Shown here piece after piece: positions 13,880-27,554 of a stretch of 64,000 nucleotides of DNA. The notes beneath the pieces are model-generated. The model was not told where the DNA came from, did not search any database, and worked only from the letters and a program-made list of their open reading frames with translations. Made by a program: the position numbers and the translations under genes. The DNA is taken from contig NC_043002.1 of assembly GCF_006345805.1 (NCBI RefSeq), positions 2,728,001 to 2,792,000 on the forward strand. The letters run 5' to 3'. This DNA comes from Octopus sinensis (taxonomy: Eukaryota). How positions within the stretch are numbered: position 1 is the stretch's first letter; the number at the start of each line of letters is the position of its first letter.

Positions 13880-15010
13880 AATGACCATTGCAGCCGGACC
13901 GAGGCTGATGAGGTCGATGCTGTTACAGATGAATACGTTCTGGAAAGATATGAGCAGGGAAGAAGAGATTCTAGTGGGATTTCGTGTTCTGTGGAGGAAG
14001 GACTGGGCGTAGGGGTTAGTAGGGTGATTGAACACAAGAAGGAGGAGAGGTAGAAGTACTTCTCGTTCACAGGAAATACTTGAAGCGTAGATGTATGAGA
14101 CCAAACAGCTCCGAGGAACAAAAGCCATTATAGTTGACAAAGAGAGAGAGTGGGGAGGCGTCACGTGTGTCGGTCAGAAGCTGCTGCGATGTGTCTTTCA
14201 GCGATTTCTACTGAGGGCTACACTTGAGCTTTGTAGAATATCAACAGTTGTTGCGGGTTGAAATATTTTCTTGTCCTAAAAGGAAGAATTAGTCCTTGGG
14301 ATGCAGTCCGATTTTAAAGATGTGTTTTCACCAGGTAAGTTCTTCTATCAGAGTGATATCTATCTTTTACTTTAACTGTGAACGCTTTAGCTGAATGTCA
14401 TATTTAACTGAGGTGCGGTGTGGTATGTTTTCTTGATTAGAGTAACGATTGAGTATTTTGAGCTGTTAAATAAAACAGGATTGGCATGGCCCGACCAAAG
14501 GAGTTCTCAGGGCCTCCATTTGTGGGAGAGTGTATGTTTGATGTAAGATGTCTAAGATGTGTGTGGATGATGCAAGTTGGGGGGGGGGAGCTGGAGAGGA
14601 ATGAAAGGGGATGCCATCTGCGTAAGAGTGGGATACGCCGTATGCACCTATAAGGATAGAAGGGAGAGAATGGTGAGTAAAATCCCTGGGGAACATCCAA
14701 GCTGACTGAAAGTGGGGCCGAAAGAGCTTCGTCAGCATAACCCACCATGTTGCGATCGGATAGAATGCTACCAATCCAAGAGATGGGAGACAGATGAAGT
14801 CCGTAGAGTGGTCAGTTTTGAGAGGAGATTTGTATGCCGGTTACAATGAAAGGCTTTTACTGTCAAGAGCCACGACATTGCTTTCATCTAAAGCAAGAAG
14901 CAATCGGTGCGTGACATAAAAGAATTAGTCATCAGTAAATCTGATTCTGGAAGCCGCAACGATGATGGTCAGTGAGGAGGTGGGGGAGGAGGTGATTATT
15001 GATGACTGAT
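13880..15010 (-). mobile_element. Degenerate CR1/L2/Jockey-group LINE, RT and 3' part
   Basis: Minus-strand remnants include LESVINNHLL, VVALD(I)SK, DVPQG..SP, HSYAD(G), QQLLIFYKAQV, (DV)ASLSL..YNGFCSSEL and YAQSFLHRT, with many stops and frameshifts. Confidence 0.75.
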
Positions 15011-15380
15011 TCCAATACTTTGAAAATGTTGGAGGAAATATTAATAATAATTACTAACGTAAAAAAAAACACAAACTTGAGGGAAGTTTCAGTTAAATTA
15101 TCAAGAAGGATAAAAGGCTAAGTTGACTTTGGTGACATTTGAACACAGAACAAAGTCTGCAAATGTCAGAGTAAATTCCCGTCGAGAGTCAGCGATTAAA
15201 TAGTTTGGTGAGGATAAGAACAAGATGTGCAGCTGAACACGTGACTAAAATGGAAAGGACATTGTCCCGGCTGTTCGCCGTGTATATATGAACCGGTGTA
15301 GAAAACCACAACACCAATCCCATCACTATATATACGGATATTATATCTACATACATACATACATACATACATATGTGTGC

Positions 15381-15423
<43 letters not shown>

Positions 15424-15499
15424 CAGAAACTGCAGTCCGTGCGTATCACTTAGGTTGACGAGGGAAGGATGACCTCCTTTTGCAAATACCGATAGGACA

Positions 15500-15600
15500 C
15501 AGAAAGTGTGTCTATAGCCAGCTGGGGAAGATGTTCTCCTGGGGCTAAAAGCTACAGTAACATCCACCCTTAGTGGTTAGCCATATTGAGATGGCAAATA
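15500..15600 (+). repeat. Unclassified interspersed repeat (second copy ~17790-17890)
   Basis: GCCAGCTGG.G.AGATGT..TCCTGGGGCTAAAA.C.ACAGTAACA..C.CC.TT is shared by both sites. Confidence 0.7.
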
Positions 15601-15603
15601 TAC

Positions 15604-15644
<41 letters not shown>

Positions 15645-15650
<6 letters not shown>

Positions 15651-15736
15651 AAGATAAAACTCTGGGTTTCAGATGCCGAAGTGGTGTTGTGGATTTCCAC
15701 TTCGGCATCTGAAACTCAGAGTTTTATCTTGACTAT
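15645..15736. repeat. Inverted repeat: 40-bp arms, 12-nt loop
   Basis: ATAGTCAAGATAAAACTCTGGGTTTCAGATGCCGAAGTGG / CCACTTCGGCATCTGAAACTCAGAGTTTTATCTTGACTAT, with one G-U pair. Confidence 0.9.
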
Positions 15737-15853
15737 TGAGTAATTGTAACATATTATTTTATAGAAAAATTTCCTCTATTTACATAATATTGAGGTATCT
15801 TTCTTTCTTTTGTTATCTTACCGTTTTTACCAATATATATATACATATATATA

Positions 15854-15907
<54 letters not shown>

Positions 15908-16150
15908 TATGATATATGATGTATGATATATATATATGGTGTAAACCAGACATTAACAATGTACTACATATATATTCTATATTATGCTATTATACTGTAG
16001 TATGTGTGTGCAACACTTGACCATGTAGGGCTTGTAGAAAATGTGGTGTACAGACATGAACAGAGTATAATACCGTGTATAAAATAGAAGTAGTAATTGT
16101 AATTTGTGCGTACCATACATGAAGTATATACAGACTTCAGGCAGACAGGC

Positions 16151-16205
<55 letters not shown>

Positions 16206-19200
16206 TAGATAGATAGATAGATAGATAGACAGAGTGGGTGTGGTGTGCACCTGACAGTGTACCAACAACGACTTCACTGTACAGTGTTCCGTGTATACTA
16301 AATGACTAGCAACTTAGTTGTTATTTTAGTGATGCGAAGATAAGGAAACTCCAGAACAGAAGACTCTCAGATCAATGTTTAAATTTTGGCAAATTCTAAT
16401 ATTGGTGCGTTTGGATCGTCTGTATTCTATGATCGGTACTTATTCCATCGATTTGAAAATGATTAAAGACTCTTTGATAGGTTTCGAACTCAAAATTTGG
16501 TTCTACTGAACTGAAATACTATCTACTGTTACTGCCAGTCTGCAAGTCAAAAGTTTGTTCAGTATAAGTAGAATGCCTTATAATATGCATGAACCGTTGC
16601 TAACAACCAACGTGACAAGGACTCACTTTGTGTCGTAAATATTTTAGTAGAGTTCGGCATTGCTGCAAGTCAGAGGCGTAAACTCTTGTCAGTGAAAGAA
16701 TCCATTTTGCTTTCCTTCAATAAAGAAAAACCTGAATACATCGACGAATAATATTTTATTTTTAATTCAGGTGAATCCGACAGTATTATGAGAAGGTAAA
16801 AGATTGTTAGATGAACAAATATAATTAATAATATATTTGTCACATTGAAAAATAGATGAGTATCAAGAATTCTAAACGTAAGTTCACTTCAAATTCCATA
16901 TATTTTTAGCGATGATGATTGGGTGTCTTTGGAAATAGGTTTAAAAAAACAACTTGTTCGCTGAATAGTAATGTATTGTCCTCATACCTCTATTAATAAT
17001 CTTAGCAATGTTTGTATTATACAGTTTTTCCTATATTTTCCATTTTCTGAAGCACGTTTTTAATTATTCTATTAAATCGGTTGCACCTGTTTATATAGTA
17101 TTTTTCCGATATATTGAGCGTTTCCATAAAACTGGTTGAACCTGTTACAATAGATTCAATACAACCTCGCTTTTCCATTTCATCGGTTTTATTTTTTTTA
17201 TTTCATTGAATTACAGAAATACAATATCTCTTTTTCTTTGATAAAACCAGATATTATAGCAACCTAATACATTCTGAACTTAATTATAAAAAATAGTATC
17301 ATATATTTCTTTTTAATTCCATAATTCATGAATAACAATGGAAAGAGACGATGTTAAATTAATCTCGTTTTAAATTTAACTTTTTACAAAAATATTCCAG
17401 TGACTTGACAAAGTAATTATTAATCGCTGTTGTTTAATAAATGGATTTCAGCAATTTTTCATCGTACATCTAGCTTGATAATTACTAATCCATGTGGCTT
17501 TTATAATTAAATTCTTTGTATTGTGAATTGCAGATGAACCATTTCCTAAGAACTAAATCACTTCTTGCAGGGCAGCTGTACCAGAAGCAAAGAAATTATT
17601 TCCTAGTAACCCGAATCAAGAACAACTTAGTTCGCAGACGCTCTTGGAAACGTCACACCATCCAATCCCTTGGTTCCTATAAAAATTCGTGACCGTTCAT
17701 CTCAAGGAAACTTCTACCCGATTCCTGAACTTGCTATGATAGCAGCCAGATCCTCAAATCCCCCCCTTACTGTCTTAAAAAGAGAATACGACTGTGTGTC
17801 GTTGGCCAGCTGGAGGAGATGTCTTCCTGGGGCTAAAAACAACAGTAACACCGTCCTTTATAGAACCGCCACATTTAGTTGGCAAATATATTTTACGACA
17901 TTTAATTTTTATTTCTAAATATATAAAAAAAAATACAGGATAGCCATAGCAAGAACACTTTTTTTATTTTAGTTCTCAATCAAGACAGACCTGGAGCTAG
18001 GCAACAATCGTGGTTTAAGCTTAACTCTCTCCACTATAAAACAGATCGATGTACAGCCGCCACCACCACCACCACCACCCTTTCTTTTTCGCTCACGATT
18101 TTGGTCTTTTCAGTTCTTTAATTTCATTTTATTCCTCCTCGACAGTTTTATTGTATAAAGGCGTCATACATATGTCGAGATATTTACTTCAAAAGTGGCT
18201 CACGGGCCGCAGTACTGTTAGTTGCTTTGTCTGTCTTCTCTGAGACATAATTTTACCTTTAACAGAAAAATGCATGAACATCACAACGTACCATTTCCCT
18301 TCCTCCAAGACTCTTCCTTTTAAATACCAACCACACTTCTCCAAGAACAACCAACGATGTATCCATGCCGCATGGTTGCAGTCTTCGTTGTTGCTTCAAG
18401 TCACATCTGCTGCCACCCATGGCCACATTCTGTGTGCCTTCAGAGTTGAAGAAACTATGGCAGTGACGATATTCCATTCTCTATGATACCCCGATCGCTT
18501 CATCAAAACGTTCTGTCTTTGGATCTAATAAAAATCAAGCCTCAACTTAGGCCAGACATATATTAATAATTGAAAGCTGCGCCGGGTGGTCACTTTCTCG
18601 TTCTTTGCTTGGTAGATCAGTGACAAGGTAGACTTAGACGCCTGGAGGTATAGCAGAAATAAGGTGGAATGATTAGAATGATCTGCGGGTCTGACCATAC
18701 TTTGAGGTACGCGTCCCACGGTGATGTTGCGGGATATCGCTTACTGGCCATTAAATCTTGACCGTTAGCCATTAAATCTTGATTATCTACACAAAGCCCG
18801 CCTGAAATTTAGTTTTCACAAAAATGTTTAAAACTCGTCAACAAGCCTCCATCTGGTTTAATCTGTCGGTTTTAACGGCCAGAAAGGAGCAGACTGGCAC
18901 CAGCAGAAAGTTTGTGGAGCCACAGGTGAGAGTTGTGTGTCAGGTGGGAACCAATGGTAAATGAGTTGTCTGGAAAGGAAGTTAGTATTGTGTCATTGAC
19001 ATTTCAGCGGACGTTTTCCTGGATCTGGTTTTAAAGAATGGTTATTAAGACGTTACGTTGTTGCACTCAATCAGTGAACCAGTATCAATCACGTCGATCG
19101 GTCAATCACATCAATCAACAAATCGTGTCTTTAATCAAATCTCAAACCTTATAATTGCTGCTGCACGAGAAGCACGAACACCAAACATTTTCATTTCATC

Positions 19201-20089
19201 TCCGATAAAATTCTAAAATAACAAAAAGCACTTATGAAATATTGGTTAAGGGCCGGCCAGTGTAGCGTGACGCTAAATTCTCAAGGTAGTTGGTAATCTA
19301 AGACTTTGGAATAAACATTCAAACCATAAACACACTTGGTTCCATTCTATTTCGGTGGCGGAAATATCACAGACTACCTAAGAGCTGAATAAGTTCTCAC
19401 GCATATCTGTGAGTATAAATGAGTGCATATTAAGTTAGATAAGCTAGTGGTTGACTATTAAATTAAACTTACAATCACTTATACACACGTGTGTGTGTGC
19501 GTGTGTGTATGTATGTGTGTGTGTGTGTGTGAATAAATTAAGGGTTCCTGTCAAGTTCCATGTATAATAAAAGATACTTAAACGCAGTGTGGTGTAACTG
19601 GTAATGAGGTCACCTGATAAATGATATCTACGTGGTCCTATTCCCATTAGAAGGTTTTATTTTTGATTTACGGTTTGTATTTAGATATAATGTTTAGTGT
19701 GTGAGAGAAAGAGAGAAAGACAGAGAGAGAGAGAGAGAGGCGGAAAGAAGAGAGACAAACAGACAGAGAGAAATAGAGGGAAAGTGAAATTTACCATTTG
19801 TTTGCAATATGCTGCTCCCCACACACATACGGGTGAACAGTGGTAAACAACAGCTTAGTGACTGAGGGCTACTCCGTTTGAGGAGGATGCTAGCTATCCA
19901 ATGAAGTTACGTAACCCCTAACGCCATCGGGAACAATCCTTAGCGCCTAGTTTGGGGCCAGTCTAACTCATATTGCGACACAAGTTATATTTGCTTTTTT
20001 CAATCCAGGATTTCCTTTTCCCTCTCTCTCTCGCCAGAGTGTTGTGGTAACCAAATGGACAGAAGGACTACCTTGCTCAAAGGTCAGAA

Positions 20090-20800
20090 TCCGTTTTGTC
20101 ACCTTACAGGATTCCAACATTGTTACACTGTATAAGAAGGAAGACAACAGAAGCGATTGTAATTGCAGAGATACGCCTCATAGCTTCAAGAACATGTAGA
20201 CAGAGCATATGATGGGTAATAATGCGCTTTTGTAGCAAGAGGTGCATCAAAGGCATATTTCAGTAACTCCAACAAAAGATAATAGACTTAGCCTCTGTAT
20301 TTAGCGGTCAATGATCTCGCAAAAGTGTTTTACGCCCTTGGCATAGTGGACAACCTGTTTAAGCTGTTAACTGTTAACACTTACTGGATGCGGTCTTAAG
20401 CTGCTAAGCGTTATTAGGATTTTGTACGATGGATTAATGAGCATTAGAGAGTGACGGAATTATGTCCAAAGGATTTGGAATGAGAATCGGAGTTAAGAAA
20501 GGATTTTGTTTCCTTTTCTTTGAGCTGCTCCTGAAGCTGGTATTCAAGTCCTCAACGAACCAGATCTAACTCTACTCAAGATTGGGACAGCTCTTCGATA
20601 TGAATAGATTCTTAAATGGATAGTTTCTCAGGAGTTTACAACCGGTGTTATCTCGTAAGAAGATCCAAATCATGACACAAAGAATTCAATCACTTCTTTG
20701 TAGAAAGGGCAAGAATTTCGGCTTGTTGGGTTTGGTGTAGATCTACAGCATAAAACGGGGCAAAGAAGCAACGGCAAGGAAAATGGGAAACTCAGAAAAT
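20090..20800 (+). mobile_element. Very degenerate RTE-like RT remnant
   Basis: Frameshifted remnants resemble GR(S)TTEAI, VD..RAYD and MSKGFGMRIGVKKG..FLFELLL. Confidence 0.45.
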
Positions 20801-20859
20801 ATACCCAGGCCACGGTGTAGGAAGCTTATAACTGAGAATAAAACAAACATTATATATAT

Positions 20860-21196
20860 ACTCTTTTATTTTTTTCCATATTCCAGTGATCTGAGTGCGG
20901 CCTGACTGGAGCACCACCGTGAAGGTTTTTAGTCGAACAAATCGACCCCAGGGCTTATTTCTTAAGCCTAGTACTTTTGCCGAACCGCTAAGTTACAGGG
21001 GATGTAAACACAGACACAAAGATACTCACATAGATTTAGACATACATACATACATACATACATACATGTACGACGGGCTTCTTTCAGTTTCCGTCTACCA
21101 AATCCACTCACAGGGCTTTTAGTCAGCCCGAGGCTATAGAAGAAGACACTTATCCAAAGTGCTACGCAGTGGAACTGAACCCGGAACCATGTGGAT
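20860..21196 (-). mobile_element. SINE family A (5' truncated)
   Basis: Reverse complement of the family A body: TTTCAGTTTCCGTCTACCAAATCCACTCACA and TTTTGCCGAACCGCTAAGTTAC. Confidence 0.9.
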
Positions 21197-21509
21197 ATCT
21201 ATATCTTCGTGTGTCTGCGTGTGTCTTTATTACTCTAAAGTAGTCTTTGTATCGTACATTAACCATAATTCGTCCCGAAAACCAATAAATGCCGACTTCA
21301 ATTTAAACCATTTTCTATTAAAGATTCTGCAGTAGTTATTATACATTTGCAAATCGACAATATTTAATTCTAAAGTTTCATAAGACAGGGTCACGTGGTT
21401 TATAACATGGAATCAATAAGCAAATTGAATTTCAATATGGAACTGGTTCTTCTTTTATTTCGTACCAAGACAACTATAAATCCCAGTACCAAATTTTAGT
21501 TTCGGAATG

Positions 21510-21688
21510 ATGCCACCCCGCTCACTAGGTGAGCAGGCTGGTCCGTTGAAAGGTAACCCGCTCGCAGCTGAGCGGACTGGGGCAACGTGAAATGAAGTGT
21601 CTTGCTCAAGATCACAACGCGCTGCTCGGTCATGGAATCGAAATCAGGATTGTGAGAACAACACACCTAACCACTAGGCCACGCGCCT
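21510..21688 (-). mobile_element. tRNA-derived SINE, family C (CORE-like domain)
   Basis: Minus strand: GGCGCGTGGCCTAGTGGTTAGG (A-box), TTCGATTCC (B-box), then GTGATCTTGAGCAAGACACTT, which resembles the CORE domain. Confidence 0.75.
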
Positions 21689-24181
21689 ATGTCTCACACA
21701 CCTGTTTGAAATCGAATAACATTCTAATTTAATTTTTAAAATATATCGCTACTCAAAAGTGAAAGTGAAATTGCTTCGTGTAAGAGAAATACCAGATCTG
21801 AGAGCAGAAAGCTTCCCTATTAAGTGGGAGTGAGAGCAGGCGTAGGCTTTCTTGTATAAGAATGAGAGCGATAAGAAGAGTGAAGATGTGAATTGGTGAT
21901 GTAGAAGAGTCGCCATGTAAGAGAGGATCTCTGAGGAATATACTTCAGTTGGTAGAGCAGGTGTGAGTAAACTAGCATAAAATGATATTTAAAAAGAAGG
22001 AAAGACCATCAGCTCCCGTTTAGATTTATTGGTCCGGCTACGTCTAGCTAAGGAGACACATTTCGAAACACCGATATCCTAGATTCCTTTCTACTAATGA
22101 ATTACTTATGTGATGAACACTCGTCGTAAAGGAACTATTTCCCTGTGGCGAACGGAACAGCGATTGACATATTTGCGTTCTAATCAGCCGAAATGTATTA
22201 AGAATAAGTCAACGTTTCGAATCTCACTGTTCAGCGAGTATAAAAGGATTTATTAATTTGATCCCGGTTTGGATTCAAAGAATGAAATATATACTCCAAT
22301 ATTTGAGCTTATGTGTTTTATATTTAGAAGCAAAATAAAGAGATAAATATCTTATATTTGACCAAAATGGCGACTTGTAAGTTAAATTATCGATTTTATT
22401 ATTGTTAGTAGTAAAATAATGTTGCTTGCGTCTTTTGTATTTCTTCAATTCTGTTTAGAAGATGGAAGTTTGAATTTATTTCTTTATTTTTCTAGAAATA
22501 AACTGAAGTATTAAAGTCTGAGAAGATATTACGGAATTGTTCTGGAAGAGACTCTGTGGCTTTGTAATACCAACTAGAAGAAACTTGTGAATGTTTTACG
22601 TGATATTTCGAACACAAACGGCAGCTTTGCAAAATACTTTATTGATTTCAATACTTTATTCAACAAAACATCTCCAACTCTTTTGTCGTGTCTGTCGGCA
22701 GATCAATACATAACAAAGCAACTCGAATCATTACCGTGGCCGAAAGACAGAGACGGCGGCATCGAGCCAATGTTTAATAGTTGTGGCAGACTCGCTGGGG
22801 TTTGTTTCCTATAAATATTTTAGTGGCCATAGTATTTCAAACGTGATTGTAACCATCTAAAAATAACAAGTTGTAATGTAAAACCTTTATTTCCTTTTGT
22901 CTTTATGGAAACAATAAACGAAAGTTAGAAACGTAAAAATCACTGAGCGAAAACTGTACCTGTATACCATAATCAAATTAGATCTCCTGCAGGTAAGACA
23001 GTAAAACATTGCCTGAGATCTGCTAAGATAATATGAACTCTGAAAGATCAATAGATTTTTGTAAACTATTTTGATATTTATTTATAGTGAAATATTTAGC
23101 AACCATTGCTGTTCGTATAAAGGCATTGCTAAAGATAACAGAGGAGAGAGCCGAGACATTCTACGTGAGACGACCAGCTAAAGAGACCATCGTTTATATC
23201 CTGTCACCATTAATGTGTTATATTCATGGAATGAAGGGTGAGACTAAATTTTTAACTCATTTGTTTCGGTTCTCCAGTATTTCTAAGATTTCTTCATTCA
23301 GTTACTGCAAAGATGGCAGAAATACTAGAGCTCTGCGATAAATTTAATGTTTCCTACAATTTGCCTCATATATTGATTCTATAAAAGCAAATTCTATGAG
23401 TTATTTCTATAATTTCAGATTTAAATCATCCGACAAAGAACATGGTGTCTACTTCGAAACATCACTTCTTATTCATAAAGTGCAATCACGAATTCCTCTT
23501 CATTTCCTGTGTTTCTGTCTCTTTATTCAATCTCTCAGCAATATTTGACTTGTTAAGATGTTCTGGTGAAATTTACTTCGGTTTAGGATGTGTTCCCACG
23601 ACCAAAATATGGATTTTATTACCCTAATTATCAGTAATCTAGATGAAAGGAAAACGGATTTCCGCTTGTTAGCTCGCTTTATTTTTACATCAGTAGAAGT
23701 AAGCTAAAGGATTGTGGTTGGCGAACATAAGGAGTCGTGGCACTTAGCTACAACTCGTTAGACTCCATGTTCAAATTGCACCAGTGTCAACTATAACTTA
23801 TATTCTTCTGGGTCCATAAAATAAAAACAACCAACCAAGTACTGAGTTCGCTTCAATTATCCATCATCCCACCCGCAAACATGTTGCATATCGGTACTTT
23901 CTACATTAGTCAATTTTATTGGGTTGAAACTTTTACAGGGATTCAAACACCCTAAAATATTTATTTTCGCATTAGTTGCCAAAATTTTTTATTGAATTTC
24001 TCAAACAAAAATATCAGATTTAAATCCAAAACTAAATCAACTTTTGTGGAAAAGCATTCTTAACACGGGTAAATAATGGTTTTATAGTTTAATTAGGAAT
24101 TTTAAAATTTCACAAACGCCAATCCTAAAGATACCAGGTAAGACCATGAGTCACTTTTTAAAATGTCAAATTATAAGATAA

Positions 24182-24799
24182 CTAGTAGTATTGCTCGGCG
24201 TTGCTGGGGTTTGTTTCGACCCTTTAGAATTGGAATTTTTGAAAAGTAAAAATTTTGCATTATGTAGCTTGTTATTCTCTTTAAGTGAACATTTTTCTGG
24301 TTGAAATACACCGAAAAATGGCGACACAGCAGTCAAAAAATCGTTAAAAAATAGGGATTTTCATAGAAAATAAAGCAGCTTTTTGGTGTAAATAATTTTT
24401 GGTGTTAACATGGTCCGATTTGAATTTTTTCTTCTACAGAAGGAAGAGCAAGCCTTCTTCTATCATACTCTCAATTTTGGTCAACTTGCACTGCAGGGTC
24501 TCAGAGGAGATAGTGTTAGTTGAAGGCTACCAAACCTGCCATACACAGACAACCTCAGCTTTATATAGAGGTAAACAGGATTTCGAAGGCATTAAAATTT
24601 AAACAATATTTAGAAAATAAATCTAAAGTCTGCCAGATCATTAAGAAAGCATAGCAAGAAATTATGGGAAGAATCGGTGAAGGACAACTTCGCACCGAAA
24701 TGTTTTTGATGGTGTCTTCGTTAAGAGGTAAGTAGAGAAAGGCGATGGGTGATTTGAATGTAGCTCGGTTGTACTTCGAGCTGCACACATTAATATAGA
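24182..24799 (-). mobile_element. Non-autonomous Helitron
   Basis: Minus strand A|TCTATATTAAT ... CCCCAGCAACGCCGAGCAATACTACTAG|T: 5' TC, 3' CTAG, A/T insertion site. The 3' end is homologous to those at 49043 and 51255. Confidence 0.7.
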
Positions 24800-27554
24800 T
24801 TGCAAATGATTCCTTTGGCTAAATAAATACACATAACACAAATTTATGTTTCGATAATGAAGAGAAAAACCACGCTTGAGGACAACTGTCGGAAAATAAT
24901 GAACTTTTAATTATAGAGGAGAATGTTGCATGACAGGAACTAGGAACTGAAATGCTGGGGGTCTTGTCAGTGCGAGAGTGGAGTGTTTGGAAATGAAAAT
25001 CGAAACATCATATGGGATTCTGTTCACAGAGAATCCACCCCTGTCTCAGCAGACAGCTTCGATGTTGTAGAAAATAATTTAGCTCAGTTCTCTCACCGAC
25101 AATATTACCGCCACAAAAACATATTTACAATACAACTTTTAACCTTTAAACACGGGGAAAAAAAGACGAAAACAAGAATCTCGCTCAAGGCTAGAATATG
25201 TCATAACAGACAGTCACGTGTATTCTGTGGAGTTAGGTTTTTTTTAAGTGTGTGTGTGTGTATGCTTGTGCATCAGGTTTCTTAAACAAGATGTTTGTAC
25301 AGCTAAAGTCATTTCGAAAGCTATTAAAAACGAAATTTTCCAAAGAGACTCATTTGGTTCGTATTAAATGTTTAAATTCCTTCTACGCTGGGTTTTATCT
25401 AATTTATATAAACAAAACCTTGAAAACATGTAAATAGCCTTCAACTTTCCCTCGCTCATTATTAAAAAAAAACTTAGTTTATAAAAAAACAAAAAGCCAG
25501 CTTTGTGCCCCTTGGAATCGATGTGAATTAATAGAAGACAAATATTTTCGATATTAGGAAAACCAAAATTTCACTTTGGAATATTCAGCCTAAAACAGCC
25601 GGATCCACCGGTCTTCGTGATTGTTTTACTTCACGAGGCATATTTCTGGTTTATGGTTACTCTGGTGGTTGGTGTATGCAACATTCAACACTTCCGTGAA
25701 GAATTTCCCGCCGCCACTCGATATAAATCTTCCTTTGATATGAAAGAATAAACTTTATTTGATTATATCGAAGCTGTACAAGCTCGAAACCTTCGTATAT
25801 TCGGTTGTATCTATTTCCAAACTATGGAACTGGAATGGAGTTTAGTTTCGTTTTTGTTTTATTTTGTTTTATTGCTGAAGTGCATCGACGAAGATGTTTC
25901 TCGAAAAATCTTCCCAATAAGCAAAATATTAGCAACAATACTTGGAATTAGTTTGAAAGGAAGACTCATAGAAATTACTGATACACGCTGCTTCCATTAG
26001 CAGCAGATTCTATTGATTTGTCTAGATTTAGCTGAAGAAAAACTGAAAAGTCGTCTAACATTATAATTAGTTGATATTGGTTCGTTCAATACGAAAGTAT
26101 TCAATTACGAATGCTCTTGAACGAAGGAGAAAATGATTGCTTCTTGTCAAAGCCAGATTACAATCCATAATCCGATGAAATTCTGAATACTTTTGACAAT
26201 AACAATATTCAAACGCTCTTGTATTCTAATTCTGTTTTCAAAATAGCAAAGTCAGCTGAATAAAAAGGAATTTTATTATGTAATATAGGTTAGACATATA
26301 GATAGACGTCGAAAGATCTGTTTTGCTAGACAAATACAATGTTACTCTCAGAGGACAACCTACGTAAATAGGTGTGTCTATGAGAGTAAAAGTTTCTTTG
26401 TAGTTCTGTAGACACACCTAATTTTAAATGTTTATATTCAAAGAAATGCTTCTATTGGTAACTGTGAGGTTTCTTTGAAAGTAATTGATTAGTTCCCGAG
26501 CAGAGCTAAATAATGTATCCAGTTGCAGTCTACAAAACAAACAATGTAAAATAAACATCTAATCATTATTTTCAAATTTTGTACAATTCCACAGTTTTGA
26601 AAGTGAGGATTACAGAGTTATTGAACGGACCCGGTATATTTCTGACAGCATTTTATGAACCCTAGAGACTTGAAAGGAAAAGTACACGTTGACGAAGTTT
26701 TCGCTTAAAGTGTATCTAAATATCGCAAAGTGTTTGGAACTTTACCGTTTATGACATCGTCACGTCTTGATAGAATAAATATGGTGCATCTGCTGACTTT
26801 GTAATGGTGTTTCTTTCATTCGCTCAAGTCATTCTCCTCCAATAAGGCCGTTAATAATTTTGAGAACAACATGAAGATCACGATATTCTATTAACACACT
26901 TGTAAAATTATTTAGGATTAAAGAAACGATAATAAATAAATATGAATTCATTCGATTTTGCAGTTTTCTTTGATCTTCAAACTGAGTTGAAGCCCTTTGT
27001 TTAGACAACTCGGCAGCGGAAATTATCAGTTTGTTGTTATTGACTCTCAAGCGTTCGATCACTTTATTTTACGTGAACTTCAGAGAATAGTTTTATGAAC
27101 ATCAGCTTTTGGTTAATGAATTCTCAGAAAATTATATTTTATATCTGGGAAGCAGCTTATTTTATATCTCGCTTTCATCTTTTACTTCTTCAAAGATTTA
27201 CGAAGATTTTACTTTTCTTGGTTTTTGGGTTGCTTTTTTTTTTTCTTCAAGGCAGATTTCAAAGATTGGAAGAAACGCTGTGCCATGAAATAAAATGTTT
27301 TCTATCTGGGGGCAAAGCTTCTTGCCCGCAAACTCAAAATATTCAACTGTCGCAAATCTTGTGTCTGAACAACGAGACTATTTAAGCTATCCATATTGAA
27401 AGATGAAGTAGCCAATGAAATAATCTTGAACAGAATTCTTCTTTTGTAGCCACGGGTTGCCCAAAGCCTTGTGAGAGGAATCCTGTAAAAGGGAATTATA
27501 TGTATAAATGTATATGCACGTGAATACATATAGTTAATTAAAAAAACGAAAACA

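Noticed and set aside
16771-16795. Candidate micro-exon; similar AG/GT-bounded candidates near 23281, 23421 and 37436
   Set aside because: Splice-like signals only, with no recognisable protein or consistent gene model.
21600-21688. tRNA gene at SINE heads (also 33751, 40392, 48320)
   Set aside because: Only A/B-box-like heads followed by SINE bodies; I could not build a complete cloverleaf.
26369-26420. 12-bp inverted repeat; also the 24-bp palindrome at 3675-3698
   Set aside because: Too short to assign, and plausible by chance or as decayed MITE remnants.
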